A stretch of 64,000 nucleotides of DNA from an uncultured Pseudomonadota bacterium (lineage in GTDB: Bacteria; Oederibacteriota; Muellerivitia; Muellerivitales; Muellerivitaceae): the NCBI GenBank assembly GCA_963770835.1, contig CAVYRH010000026.1, forward strand, positions 320,001-384,000. The letters run 5' to 3'. The notes beneath the pieces were generated by a model. It did not search any database, was not told the origin of the DNA, and saw nothing but the letters and a program-made list of their open reading frames with translations. Position 1 is the stretch's first letter, and every line of letters starts with the position of its first letter. Both the position numbers and the translations under genes were made by a program. Shown here piece by piece: positions 12,271 through 22,415 of this stretch.

Positions 12271-13194
12271 CTAGAACCGGAAACCGAAGGAAAGGTTGCC
12301 GCCGAATCCCGAATAGTCCACCACTGTGGGCCTGGCCAAGTTCGCCAGCTGGTAGGCCGGGAGTACCTGGGTGGGGACGGGTTCCAGGGACCAATAACCC
12401 CCTAGGTTGACCTCAGAGAGGGTATAGGGTCCGGTGGTGTCCAGCCGCTGGGACAGACCGCTGATGTCGGAAGCGTTCACCTGGCCGAACCTGGCGTAGC
12501 GGCCATAAGCCGAGATCCCCAGGGTGAAGGCCCCCACCTGGACTTCCTCCCGCAAGCCGGCTGTCGCCCCCAGGGTATCCCCCGTGAAGGCGCCGCTGGC
12601 GTCGGGCTGCGGGGTGCCGTTTTGGGTGAGGGTGCTGTTGAAATCGACGATGGTGTGGTACCAGCCGCCGCCCAGGTAAAAGGCGGTGTGGTTGCCCCCG
12701 CCCTGGGCCAGGGTGAAGGCGTAGCGGACCGTCACGTCCAGGAGGTTGGGGCCCACGCTCTCGCCCGACGAGGAGTTGGGATTGAACTGGCCGAAGATAT
12801 CCGATTGGGAGGAGACGAACTCGGCGGCCAGGGAAATCTCGGTGCCGTCCCCCATCCTTTGGCCCCACTCGGCCCCCATCAGTACCCCGCTGTTGTCCGT
12901 GGTGGTGCCGGCCGTCACGCCGCCCCCCAGGCTCTTGTAATAGGCGCCGGTTTGCTGGATGGCGTTGGTCAGGTCGCCCAGGAGGGCGTAGTCGTAACCC
13001 GCGTAAAAGCGGGCGAAGAGGCCGTTGGAGGAAAAGACATCCGCCGAATAGGTGGAACCACCGGGGTCGCCCGCGTCATGGGACCGGGAAGCCGAAGCCA
13101 CCTGTAATAGTTCTGCCGGACCCGCCTGCGCCCAGGCCCCCGCCCCAACCGCCGCCAGGACCAAAACCATCCCTACCACCCGCGAAGTGTTCAT
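12271..13194 (-). CDS. Putative outer-membrane beta-barrel protein
   Basis: Signal peptide (MNTSRVVG...AWA), alternating amphipathic strands, C-terminal NLSFGFRF ending in Phe, GGGAGG RBS before ATG at 13194. Confidence 0.7.
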   Translation of the reverse strand: MNTSRVVGMVLVLAAVGAGAWAQAGPAELLQVASASRSHDAGDPGGSTYSADVFSSNGLFARFYAGYDYALLGDLTNAIQQTGAYYKSLGGGVTAGTTTDNSGVLMGAEWGQRMGDGTEISLAAEFVSSQSDIFGQFNPNSSSGESVGPNLLDVTVRYAFTLAQGGGNHTAFYLGGGWYHTIVDFNSTLTQNGTPQPDASGAFTGDTLGATAGLREEVQVGAFTLGISAYGRYARFGQVNASDISGLSQRLDTTGPYTLSEVNLGGYWSLEPVPTQVLPAYQLANLARPTVVDYSGFGGNLSFGFRF

Positions 13195-13290
13195 GCCGGA
13201 CCTCCCAAGGAATTTGCGCACTAGCTTGTTGGAGGACGGGGTGAAAAAGAAAGGGGTGTAAGAAATTTTCCAGGGCCCCCGGCGCGGGGT

Positions 13291-13542
13291 TCAGCCGAGC
13301 TTCCCGGTTTGGTAGTCGGTGAAGGCCTGCTTTAATTCCCCCATCGTATTCATCACGAAGGGGCCGCCGCGCACCACGGGCTCGTTGAGCTTTTGGGCCG
13401 AGGCGAAGAGAAGGCGCAGGGGCTTGTCCCCCGCGCTTTGAATCCTCACCGAATCGCCCTCCCCGAAGACCCCCAGTTAGCCCGCCTTGACGGTGGAAGG
13501 GTCTTCTTCCCCGCCGGTTTGGGCCGCGCCCTCGAACACATA
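13291..13542 (-). pseudogene. Duplicated 3' fragment of the pirin gene with an in-frame stop
   Basis: Closely similar to 19599-19850. TAC>TAA at about 13477-13479 (AGYLG becomes AG*LG). Encodes EPVVRGGPFVMNT. Confidence 0.85.
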
Positions 13543-13796
13543 AAAGAGGGTGGAATGTAAGCCTGATCCCGTTGTTTGAGTTGTTCTTAGGTAAAATCAA
13601 TTGGGCAGGTTGGTTAGGACGGGGCGTCTTAACGGAAAATCACTTTGGAGGAATTACAGGGTTCTAAGGATACTTCCGAAAGTATAATTTTTATTTAAGC
13701 GCCGTGTTCCATCTCGGGCAAGATAGAAAACGACCAACGCGCCCAGGCGGGGCTTCAAAATATTATTTTTTTCCGAAAGGGGATTCACCTAAACCC

Positions 13797-15599
13797 ATGG
13801 CCGCGCGAAACCCTAGCCTCCCCAAACCCCTTGATAAAATTTCAGAATATAAAAGTTTTCTCACGATCCTCAGGTATTACGCCGACCTGAATTGTTTTGT
13901 CATCCCCTCCAACCCCGTATTCGTCGAATGGCTGGCCATACACTACCATCAACGGGCGGCCTCCATATTCGATTTCGAGAAGAAATATAATTTCAAATTC
14001 AACTGGGACAAACTCCTCGACCCCGATTATGAAATGGCGCTGGGAAAAAGCCAGCCGCTCCTGCTGGAGACGCTGGGCTTTTATGACATCTTCATGCCGA
14101 TCCGCCGTAGGGGAAAAAGGTTGGGAACCATTTTATCGGGTGCTTTCGCCGACCGGGAAGTGACCTACCCCCTGTTGCGGGAGAGTTGGGGCCGATTAAC
14201 CGGCCAAACCGCTTCGCCTGAAAACGGGGAATTCCGGCAATTCGTCCGCGTGATGCTGGAGACACCCGTGTTGGAAGGCCCCACTCTTCTGGCTTACCGG
14301 GAAGCCTTGGAGTTGTACGCCGGTGTTTTGGTCGATCAAAACAAACCCGAAGCCTTTCGGCGGTGGGACGAATTATTGGCGCAGGTATTCTCAAAGCAGA
14401 TTCCCCACAGTTATTTCATGGACTGGGCCCTGGGACTTCCCACGCGGCAGACCGCGCCCATCTGGAACCTGGGTGTCCAGGAAATGCCCTGGATCCAATC
14501 CGAAATAGGACTCAACCGGGTTCCCACCACCGTGATCACGGCCATTCCCTTGGGTTCCGGCGGGGGAAAGCATGACGCCATCGCGGACATGCTGCGGATT
14601 TACCGTTTCCAGCGCCGGAGTTTTCATTTCGCCCGGACCCTCCCCCAAACCGTGGGGGGGAAGCTGGAGAACTACGGGGCTGTTTTCGTCACTTCGGCCG
14701 ACCCTTCCCAAAGCCGGCCCCAGCGCCGCGGGCAAATCATGGAAACCGCTGAACGCATCCATCGTTTTACGACGGAGGAATTGGGGGGGGCGGCCCTGGT
14801 GGGAATCGGCGAGACAGTCGCGCCGGGGGAATCGTTGAAAGAATCCTACCGCCAGGCGTTACTGGGCCTTCATTTGGGCCGGGGGGCCGGGAAAAAAGTG
14901 GTTTTTTTCAGTTCGGTTCACGCCGAAAAATCCGCGGGCATATTGGAAATCATGCGCCTGTTGGAAAAAATAAAAATCCTGGTCGAGACGGCCTCCTTCG
15001 CGGACCTGGGGGCTACCCTGGACGGATTCTTGAACCAAGTTCTTACCCTTTCCATGCATAACCCCGAGGAAATCCGATGGCATTTGCAGTACGGACTGAT
15101 CCAGATGAAAGAGGCGGTTGAGAAAAGGCTTTTCGCGGGGAAAGGGGAAGCGTCCAGGTTGCATGAAAACCTGGTCCTCACCCTGGAAAAAGCCGGTACC
15201 ACGCAGGAAATGATCCTATCCTTTAAGGACGCCTCGGAAAAACTTTTGTTCCTGGCCCAAGGCGGTGGCGCCCTGAAGTCCGCTATCTCCATGGAAAGGG
15301 TCCGGGATTATTTGGACCAACATTTCCGGGAGCCCCTGCGGGCCGAAAAAATCGCCAAGCTGGTGGACATATCGGTCGCCACTCTCAGCCGCCATTTCAA
15401 GAAATCCATGGGAGTCGGACTTGAAACTTATCTCCAGAACTTAAGAATGGAAGAAGCGAAGCGCCTTTTGAAAACCGGCAGCTTGCCGGTTTTCCAGATC
15501 GCCCAATCTTGCGGTTTCAAATCCGCCTCACACTTTAACCGGTTCTTTCGGCGAAAAATCGGATGTTCCCCGGAAGAATTCCGCAAAAAATCCCACTGA
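13797..15599 (+). CDS. Large AraC-family transcriptional regulator (PocR-like N-terminal sensor, CdaR/GGDEF-like middle region, C-terminal HTH)
   Basis: C-terminal LRMEEAKRLL...IAQSCGFKSASHFNRFFRRKIGCSPEEFR; FYDIFMPIRRRGKRLGTILSG; VGIG...SYRQA. Paralog at 35769. Confidence 0.88.
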   Translation: MAARNPSLPKPLDKISEYKSFLTILRYYADLNCFVIPSNPVFVEWLAIHYHQRAASIFDFEKKYNFKFNWDKLLDPDYEMALGKSQPLLLETLGFYDIFMPIRRRGKRLGTILSGAFADREVTYPLLRESWGRLTGQTASPENGEFRQFVRVMLETPVLEGPTLLAYREALELYAGVLVDQNKPEAFRRWDELLAQVFSKQIPHSYFMDWALGLPTRQTAPIWNLGVQEMPWIQSEIGLNRVPTTVITAIPLGSGGGKHDAIADMLRIYRFQRRSFHFARTLPQTVGGKLENYGAVFVTSADPSQSRPQRRGQIMETAERIHRFTTEELGGAALVGIGETVAPGESLKESYRQALLGLHLGRGAGKKVVFFSSVHAEKSAGILEIMRLLEKIKILVETASFADLGATLDGFLNQVLTLSMHNPEEIRWHLQYGLIQMKEAVEKRLFAGKGEASRLHENLVLTLEKAGTTQEMILSFKDASEKLLFLAQGGGALKSAISMERVRDYLDQHFREPLRAEKIAKLVDISVATLSRHFKKSMGVGLETYLQNLRMEEAKRLLKTGSLPVFQIAQSCGFKSASHFNRFFRRKIGCSPEEFRKKSH

Positions 15600-15670
15600 G
15601 TTTAACGGGAAAGATTCTTGTTCGGATGCCTGACGTCGCGTGAAATAAAAGTCAATGTGTATGACGAATT
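15599..15670 (+). promoter_or_regulatory. Putative AraC-type multi-site motif, degenerate copy
   Basis: AGTTTAACGGGAAAGATTC, then TGAAATA (15641) and TGACG (15662) 21 bp apart. Confidence 0.5.
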
Positions 15671-15896
15671 ATGGCCGCTGATTTTCTTTCCCTTGTTGTG
15701 AGCCCACGCCTCCACCTGTATCTTTCATTAAGGAAGCAGGCCGGTTTGAAAGTTCTTTTCATGTCCCTTTGAGTATCGGTTTTGGCAGGGGCCCATGCGA
15801 AGAGAGGTTGAAGTTCAGGAGGGCCCAGCGGATACCAAATGAACTTGGGTTCCGTTCCCTTTCGGCCCGCCGTACTTAAATTTGGAGGTGGTTCCC

Positions 15897-18800
15897 ATGT
15901 CCTTGAAAGAAATGAAGGCTTTAACTTTGGCCCTTGGGGTTTTTTGTTTTGCCCCTGCCATCTGGGCGCAAAACGTGACGGTCACATCCGGCACAACCTA
16001 TCAAACCATCTCGGGTTTCGGCGCGTCCAGCCAATGGGACAATTCCTTCTCATCCTCGCTTGCGGACACCTTCTGGTCGGACGATTCGAGCCAGCCTCCC
16101 GCCAGCCAGGTGAACGGCCATGCCGGTCTTTCCATCCTCCGCCTCGGCATTGACGACTCCGGCAACGGCAACTGGGGTTCCCAATGCGCCTTCGCGACCC
16201 AGGCCCTGGGCATCAACCCCAACGTCAGGGTTTTTGGCAGCCCCTGGAGTCCTCCGGCCAAGTGGAAGAACAACAACAGCGTCGACGGCAATAACACCGG
16301 CAGCGACGGCTTCAATCCCGGCTCCAACAGCAACCAACTCAACACCGGGAATTACGGCAATTACGCCGCCTACCTCACCAGCTTCGCCACGGCTTGCAAG
16401 AACACCTACGGTTTTACGCCCTACGCGATTTCGGTCCAGAATGAACCGGACTACGATCCCAGCTACGACGCCTGCCTTTGGTCGCCCTCGGCCATTGACA
16501 CCTTCGTCGGGTCTTATCTCGGCCCGGACCTCAATGCCGCCGGCTTCAGCAACATCGTCATGCTCCCCGAATCCTTCGCGGACAACTTGACCGGGTCCAA
16601 CACCGCCATGGGAGATTCGAACGCGGCGAAATACGTGAAGGTCATCGGAATGCACCTCTACGGCGGCGGCCCCAACACCATCCCCTCCAGCTACGCCACC
16701 ACGGCCGGCCACGCGGTCGAATCCTGGTGCACCGAAGTCTCGGAAAAAACCAGCGACAACAACATCGACAGCGGCGTTTTCTACGCCGGCGAGCTTCACA
16801 GCTGCATCGTGGACCACAACTTCAACGCCTACTGCTACTGGTGGCTCGTCCCAACCGGAACCGACGACGAAGGCCTCTGCGACAATTCAGGTAACCCCAC
16901 CAAGCGCCTCTATACGATCGGCAATTACAGCAAGTTCATCCGCCCGGGTTACGTGCGCATCGGCGCCACCGAGGTGCCCTCGTCGGGCGTTTCGGTGTCC
17001 GCCTACTACAGCGCCACCGATGGCAAGGTCGTGATCGTGGCCATCAACGGCAATACGGGCTCCAGCGAGAACGTGAACTTCAACTACAGCGACCTGAACG
17101 TGACTACGGTTTATCCCTGGGTCACGTCCTCATCCCTGAACCTGGCGCAGCAGTCCTCGGTGGCCGTCAGTGGGGGAAAATTCACCTATACCCTGCCGGC
17201 GGAGAGCGTGGTCAGTTTCGTGGCGTCGACGGGCCCCGCTGGCCCGACTGCCACGCCGACGATTACCCCCACGCCGATTGTTTTCTCCACTTGGCGGGTC
17301 AATGCCGGGGGGCCGGCCTATACCGATACCCTGGGCAACGTTTGGGCCGCGGATGAGAATTACAGCGGCGGAACCACCGTCGCCAGCGGAGGGACCATTA
17401 CGGGCACCTCCGACTCCACCCTTTACGACACCCAGCGTTACGGAAGCAGCTTCAGTTATTCGTTCAATGTTCCCGCCGGCTCCTACCAGGTGTCCCTCCT
17501 GTTCGCCGAGACCTATTCGGGCGATTTCGGGACGGGGGACCGGGTCTTCAACGTGGCCATCAACGGCGTGACCGTCTTAGCGAACCTGGACGTTTACGCC
17601 AAAGTGGGCTCGAATACGGCTTTGGACGAGGTCCTCAATAATATCGCCCCCAGCGGGGGCACCATCACGATCACCTTCACGGGAACCTCCAGCACGGACA
17701 CAAGCGCCATGGTGGAAGCCATTCAGGTCATCCCGCAGCCGGCCACGCCTACCTTCACGCGGACGAATACGCCGGCTTCAACCTCCACGGCTACAGCTAC
17801 CAGCACGGCTACGTCCACCGCCACGTCGACTAAGACAAACACACCGGTGCCGTCGACGGCCACCAATACGCCTACCAGTACGCCCACGTCCACCGCCACA
17901 TCGACCAATACGTTGTTGCCTACGGCGACAAGTACTGCTACGCGAACGAACACGGCTGTGCCGCCGACTCCGACCTTCACGGCGATTCCTCCGACGGCCA
18001 CGCAGACGGTGACGCCGACAAACTCGGCTACCGCCACGTTCACCAACAGCCCCGTGCCGCCTACGGCCACCAATACCCCGGCCCCGCCGACTTTGACCAA
18101 TACGCCGGCACCGCCCACGGCTACCAACACCCCGGCGCCTCCGACCGCCACCTTTACTGCGGCTCCGCCGACCAGCACTTTTACGGCGATTCCGCCTACG
18201 TTGACGTTCACCGTGACTCCTGTGCCCCCGACGGCGACGAATACGCCGGTGCCACCTACGGCCACGAATACGCCAGTGCCGCCTACGGCGACCAATACAC
18301 CGGTGCCGCCCACAGCCACGAATACGCCGATGCCTCCGACGGCTACAAGGACCTTCACAGCTGTGCCGCCGACCGCGACCTTTACCGCGGTTCCGCCCAC
18401 AGCCACGTTCACGCCGACCACGGTGGTGGCCAGCGGCAGCTTCAAGGTACAGCTCCTGAGCGGGGTGACTTCGGGTACCACCAACAGCCCCCATCCTTTC
18501 CTGCAGGTGGTCAACACGGGTTCCGGGCCCTTGAACCTGGACAACGTGACGGTACGCTATTGGTTCAACTGCGATTGCACCACCCAAAGCTTGCAGGCCT
18601 GGGTGGACTGGGCCGGACTCATTCCCTCGGGGACCTACGAAGGGTCCAACGTGCATGTCGCGGTGCTGCCCACCAGCTTGGGAGGCCAGACCGACTATGT
18701 CCAATACAGCTTCACTGGGAACATCACCCTGGCGCCAGGGGGGGTGATCCAAATCCAGAGCCGGTTCAACAAGAGCGACTGGAGCAACATGACCCAGTCC

Positions 18801-19274
18801 AACGACTGGAGCTTCGCGGCCAATACCAGCTACCAGAACGCGAGCAACGTAACCGGGTATGTCAGCGGAAGCCTGGTCTGGGGCCAGGAACCGGTGGGGG
18901 CGGCCGCGGCCCTCAAGGTCTCCAGCGCACTGGCCTTCCCGAACCCCTCGACGGGGACCGGGACGACCCTGTCGTTCACCGTCAACGGGTCTGCGACGGG
19001 GGTGAAAGCTTCCACGATGGACGCCAACAACCCCGTGATGGTCGACCCCAACGCCACGATCACACTGAGCATCTACACCCTTGCGGCGAGGATGATCTGG
19101 AGCCAAACCCTCTCCGGCGGGGCCTATGGGACTTCAGGACAGCACGAGGTTTACTGGAACGAGAAGGATTTGAAGGGAACGGGACTGGCCAACGGGATTT
19201 ACATCCTCAAGGTGACGATCCAGTCGAACGGCCAGACCAGCTCCACCATCGGCAAGATCCTGATACTGGGGTAG
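15897..19274 (+). CDS. GH30 glycoside hydrolase with malectin-like domain, Pro/Thr linker, CBM3-like domain and class-A CTD
   Basis: SPWSPP, SVQNEPD (acid/base), WCTE (nucleophile), YSKFIRPGY; malectin-like WRVNAGG...LYDTQRYG...FAET...RVFNV; GGAGG RBS. Confidence 0.9.
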   Translation: MSLKEMKALTLALGVFCFAPAIWAQNVTVTSGTTYQTISGFGASSQWDNSFSSSLADTFWSDDSSQPPASQVNGHAGLSILRLGIDDSGNGNWGSQCAFATQALGINPNVRVFGSPWSPPAKWKNNNSVDGNNTGSDGFNPGSNSNQLNTGNYGNYAAYLTSFATACKNTYGFTPYAISVQNEPDYDPSYDACLWSPSAIDTFVGSYLGPDLNAAGFSNIVMLPESFADNLTGSNTAMGDSNAAKYVKVIGMHLYGGGPNTIPSSYATTAGHAVESWCTEVSEKTSDNNIDSGVFYAGELHSCIVDHNFNAYCYWWLVPTGTDDEGLCDNSGNPTKRLYTIGNYSKFIRPGYVRIGATEVPSSGVSVSAYYSATDGKVVIVAINGNTGSSENVNFNYSDLNVTTVYPWVTSSSLNLAQQSSVAVSGGKFTYTLPAESVVSFVASTGPAGPTATPTITPTPIVFSTWRVNAGGPAYTDTLGNVWAADENYSGGTTVASGGTITGTSDSTLYDTQRYGSSFSYSFNVPAGSYQVSLLFAETYSGDFGTGDRVFNVAINGVTVLANLDVYAKVGSNTALDEVLNNIAPSGGTITITFTGTSSTDTSAMVEAIQVIPQPATPTFTRTNTPASTSTATATSTATSTATSTKTNTPVPSTATNTPTSTPTSTATSTNTLLPTATSTATRTNTAVPPTPTFTAIPPTATQTVTPTNSATATFTNSPVPPTATNTPAPPTLTNTPAPPTATNTPAPPTATFTAAPPTSTFTAIPPTLTFTVTPVPPTATNTPVPPTATNTPVPPTATNTPVPPTATNTPMPPTATRTFTAVPPTATFTAVPPTATFTPTTVVASGSFKVQLLSGVTSGTTNSPHPFLQVVNTGSGPLNLDNVTVRYWFNCDCTTQSLQAWVDWAGLIPSGTYEGSNVHVAVLPTSLGGQTDYVQYSFTGNITLAPGGVIQIQSRFNKSDWSNMTQSNDWSFAANTSYQNASNVTGYVSGSLVWGQEPVGAAAALKVSSALAFPNPSTGTGTTLSFTVNGSATGVKASTMDANNPVMVDPNATITLSIYTLAARMIWSQTLSGGAYGTSGQHEVYWNEKDLKGTGLANGIYILKVTIQSNGQTSSTIGKILILG

Positions 19275-19316
19275 TTTCCTCCGCTGAAAGACGATAGTGG
19301 TCCAGCCTCGGAAGGG

Positions 19317-19475
19317 GTGGCCCCGGGTGTCATGGTGACCGACACGATACGGTTCTCCACCGACGGGGCCGCCTTTACCGGCGGTCCCACGGCCACCCCC
19401 GCTCCGGTGGGAACCACAGTGGTCGTATTACCCAACCCGGCCACGGGTGACAGCGTCAGCATCTTGCAGTTTTTA
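19317..19475 (+). pseudogene. Remnant of a class-B-CTD secreted protein
   Basis: Translates as PTATPAPVGTTVVVLPNPATGDSVSIL, like the start of the class-B CTD, then degenerates. Confidence 0.5.
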
Positions 19476-19598
19476 TGCACAGCGCACGCCGCCCCAGACA
19501 GCCCCGGTTCCGCAGATTCTGCGGAATTAGTGGGGGTACCCGTGTAAATTACACGGTCCAAGTGGCAATACTCCCCCCTAGAGGTGCTAAGGTAAGGC

Positions 19599-20445
19599 TC
19601 AGGCGAGTTTCCCGGTTTGGTAGTCGTAGAAGGCCTGTTTTAATTCCCCCATCGTATTCATCACGAAGGGGCCGCCGCGCACCACGGGCTCGTTGAGCTT
19701 CTGGGCCGAGGCGAAGAGAAGGTGCAGGGGCTTGTCCCCCGCGCTTTGAATCCGCACCGAATCGCCCTCCCCGAAGACCCCCAGGTAGCCCGCCTTGACG
19801 GTGGAAGGATCCTTTTCCCCGCCGGTTTGGGCCTCGCCCTCGATCACATACTAGGAAGGCGTTTTGGCCCGGGGGGGCGCCCTGGACGAGGACCGCGCCG
19901 GGTTGGAGCTTCACATCCAGGTAGGTGAAGGGGATGAAGGACTTTCCTGGGCTTTGGACACCCGCGTATTCGCCCGCCAGCACCTTCACCCGAACCCCGT
20001 CCTTCTCCACCACCGGCAGTTTTTCCGAGGGGAGGTCCTGGTATTTGGGCTCGGTCATCTTGAGCTTGGCCGGCAGGTTCAGCCAAAGCTGGTAGCCCCA
20101 GGCCAGGCCGTCGGCCTGCTCGGGCATTTCGCTGTGGATCAGGCCCTTGCCCGCGGTCATCCATTGCACCGAGCCGGCGTTCAGGTGGCCCTCGTGGCCC
20201 TTGGAATCCCGGTGGGTAAAGGCGCCTGCCATCAGGTAGGTAATGGTCTCAAAGCCCCGGTGGGGATGGTCGGGAAAACCCGCCTCATAGTCCTCGGGAT
20301 CATCGTTCTTGAACTCGTCCAGGAGCAGGAAGGGGTCCAGTTGGTTCAACTCGGGGCTTCCCAGGATGCGTTTGAGCTTCACCCCGGCGCCGTCGGTGGT
20401 ATCCATGCCCCGGACGACTTGCGTGACTTTTCTTAAGTTTTCCAT
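19599..20445 (-). pseudogene. Pirin family protein with a +1 frameshift at about 19851
   Basis: LDPFLLLDEF, FPDHPHRGFETITY, QWMTAGKGLIHSE, QLWLNLP. The C-terminal half (YVIEG...EPVVRGGPFVMNT) is in another frame (ORF 19599-19847). Confidence 0.85.
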
Positions 20446-20694
20446 GGTGGTTCACCGCCTTTCAAATCCAACTATCGGATGGATTGAGGGGAAAGACTAG
20501 TAGTTACTGGCCGCATACCGAAAAGTGCGTGGAAGTATTAAAAAAGAGGGGAATTGGTTCTTTAAGTTAAATCAAGTGTGAGTCATTTAAGGACTTATAT
20601 GCATGACTCCCTTAATAAAAAGGTCAATTCTGGGGGCAGAATTTTCAGGAAATTCCGATGCCTTTTTAGGTGTTCAAAAGGCTAAAATTTCGGC

Positions 20695-21558
20695 ATGGAA
20701 AATCCTAAAAATAACCACAAGTTCAATATTACGCCTCTTCAAAAATTTCAAAAAATGTTTAAAGGTTTGCCGCTTCTTTTTCGCATCGCCATTGAGGGAA
20801 TTGTATTTGCTTGTGCTTGGTCTGCGATCCAATTGTTGGGTGGTGGCATAATGAAAAGCTACCCCTTGATTGGTTTAATTTTTCACACATTTGCGTTTAT
20901 TTGTTTGTTTTTCGTAATCCATTTGTGGTTGCCAGAATCCTGGTTTAAAAAAATGTGGGTTGTGGCTCTTTATACTTGTTTGGGTTCGTTGACAAGTATT
21001 TGCATTTCGTTTTATTTTGATTTCAATTCATTTTTAAAATTCCCACAACATATCCCGCTCAATCAAACTAATCCAACGCCAACCCCCATTCAAAATCCAG
21101 TATCAACTCCCGAATCAGAAGAAACACACGAATTAAAAAAAGCAATTTCTGATTTAAAAAAACTTATCCCGCAAGGATGTAATCTTTTGAGGGTTTGCGG
21201 AAACGAGGATGGCTCCAATAAGCTTTATCAATTTCAAACTTTATCTCTTGATTGGGATCAAGATACAAGCAGTTTTCTCGACCAACAATATTTTTTAAAA
21301 GATGACGAATTTCGACATTGGAATAATCAAGGTGATATGTATTTTGGTGGCGTCGGGTTCAATGAAATGGATAAATCGGGTTCTATATGGCCGATTGGTG
21401 ACCCTCCATCCACGGCTTTTGATAAAGGAAATTATCGCACTATAGAAATCAAAATCGAAAATTTGCAGTATTACCTCTTTGAATTAAGAAATAGAGTGAT
21501 GGGAATAAAGCCTCAACCGCCAGAAGCCATGAAAACAAACAAGGTTAAATGCCAATAA
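20695..21558 (+). CDS. Hypothetical membrane protein in an AT-rich segment
   Basis: About three N-terminal hydrophobic segments and a soluble C-terminal domain; markedly more AT-rich than its flanks. Confidence 0.6.
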   Translation: MENPKNNHKFNITPLQKFQKMFKGLPLLFRIAIEGIVFACAWSAIQLLGGGIMKSYPLIGLIFHTFAFICLFFVIHLWLPESWFKKMWVVALYTCLGSLTSICISFYFDFNSFLKFPQHIPLNQTNPTPTPIQNPVSTPESEETHELKKAISDLKKLIPQGCNLLRVCGNEDGSNKLYQFQTLSLDWDQDTSSFLDQQYFLKDDEFRHWNNQGDMYFGGVGFNEMDKSGSIWPIGDPPSTAFDKGNYRTIEIKIENLQYYLFELRNRVMGIKPQPPEAMKTNKVKCQ

Positions 21559-21685
21559 CTCTATTATCAAATCCTAGTTTGTAACGTCTCCCTTTGCCTT
21601 GCTGAATGCTGTAAAACCCTTAAAAGCACCGGCTTAACACGGGAAATTAGCCAAGAATTGCCCACCCCGTTATACTTTTGTTAAT

Positions 21686-21716
21686 GGGAATAAACCGTGC
21701 ACGTTAAAACACTAAT
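21686..21716 (+). promoter_or_regulatory. Candidate ECF-sigma promoter (autoregulatory)
   Basis: GGGAATAAA-N12-AAACACTAAT; same bipartite motif and spacing at 26270. Confidence 0.5.
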
Positions 21717-21731
21717 GGTTAAGGGGACTCC

Positions 21732-22295
21732 TTGGAAGAACGGGAACTAGTCCAGAAGATCCTCCAGGGTGACGAAAAGGCCAAGGCCGAATTTTTCGTC
21801 ACCCACCGGGAAAAACTCTACCGGAACTGCGTCTATTTATTAGGATACCAGGATCCGGAAGCCGAGGACGTGGTGCAGGAAGTCTTCATCACGGCCTTCG
21901 AAAAGCTCCCGGAATTCGAGTTTAGGTCCAGCCTTTCGACCTGGCTGACGCAGATTTGCATCTATAAGTGCCATAACCGGTTCCGGCAAAGGACCAAGCT
22001 GGTGAACCAGGAGCACGCCGATCTGGATGTATTGCTCCGGTCCTCGGCGATGGAGCGGGAAGAAACCCAGGACCGGGAGAAGGAAAAGCGCCGGGTCATC
22101 GAAAAATGCCTGGAAAAAATCGGCAAGGAATGCCGGGAGGTCATTGAGCAGAGGGAACTGCAGGAGAAGAGCTACATTGAAGTGGGCAAGGCCCTGAAAA
22201 TACCGTTGGGGACGGTGATGTCGCGGCTGTCCCGGTGCAAGAAAGCTTTGAGACTGTTGGTGGAGCAATATTTAAAAGACGAACGGCAAAACTGA
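21732..22295 (+). CDS. ECF RNA polymerase sigma factor (sigma-70 family)
   Basis: EAEDVVQEVF, FEFRSSLSTWL, SYIEVGKALKIPLGTVMSRLSR. Confidence 0.93.
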   Translation: MEERELVQKILQGDEKAKAEFFVTHREKLYRNCVYLLGYQDPEAEDVVQEVFITAFEKLPEFEFRSSLSTWLTQICIYKCHNRFRQRTKLVNQEHADLDVLLRSSAMEREETQDREKEKRRVIEKCLEKIGKECREVIEQRELQEKSYIEVGKALKIPLGTVMSRLSRCKKALRLLVEQYLKDERQN

Positions 22296-22415
22296 GTTTG
22301 AACCACCAAGGTCACCAAGGTCACCAAGAAAGACGAACGACAAAAATTAGATGGAAACACAATGTCCCAAAGGGTACAAATAAAACTAAAAATAAATGGG
22401 TAAGAGATAAAGAAA

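Noticed and set aside
11847..12450. GGTGTCCAGCCGCTGG shared by an intergenic hairpin and the beta-barrel gene
   Set aside because: A single 16-bp match in GC-rich DNA with no supporting context.
13076..13600. 174-aa minus-strand ORF
   Set aside because: It is an out-of-frame reading of the duplicated pirin fragment.
15790..15870. Hairpins in the GH30 leader as a possible riboswitch
   Set aside because: No recognisable riboswitch consensus or expression platform, and not repeated before the paralogs.
17740..18420. Tandem 24-30-bp repeats suggesting a CRISPR array or VNTR (also in the other linkers)
   Set aside because: They are in-frame, synonymously diverged linker codons, with no constant repeat/unique spacer pattern and no cas genes.
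19549..19850. C-terminus of the 298-aa pirin ORF as given in the track
   Set aside because: It is the wrong frame after the frameshift; the conserved pirin C-terminus ends at 19599.
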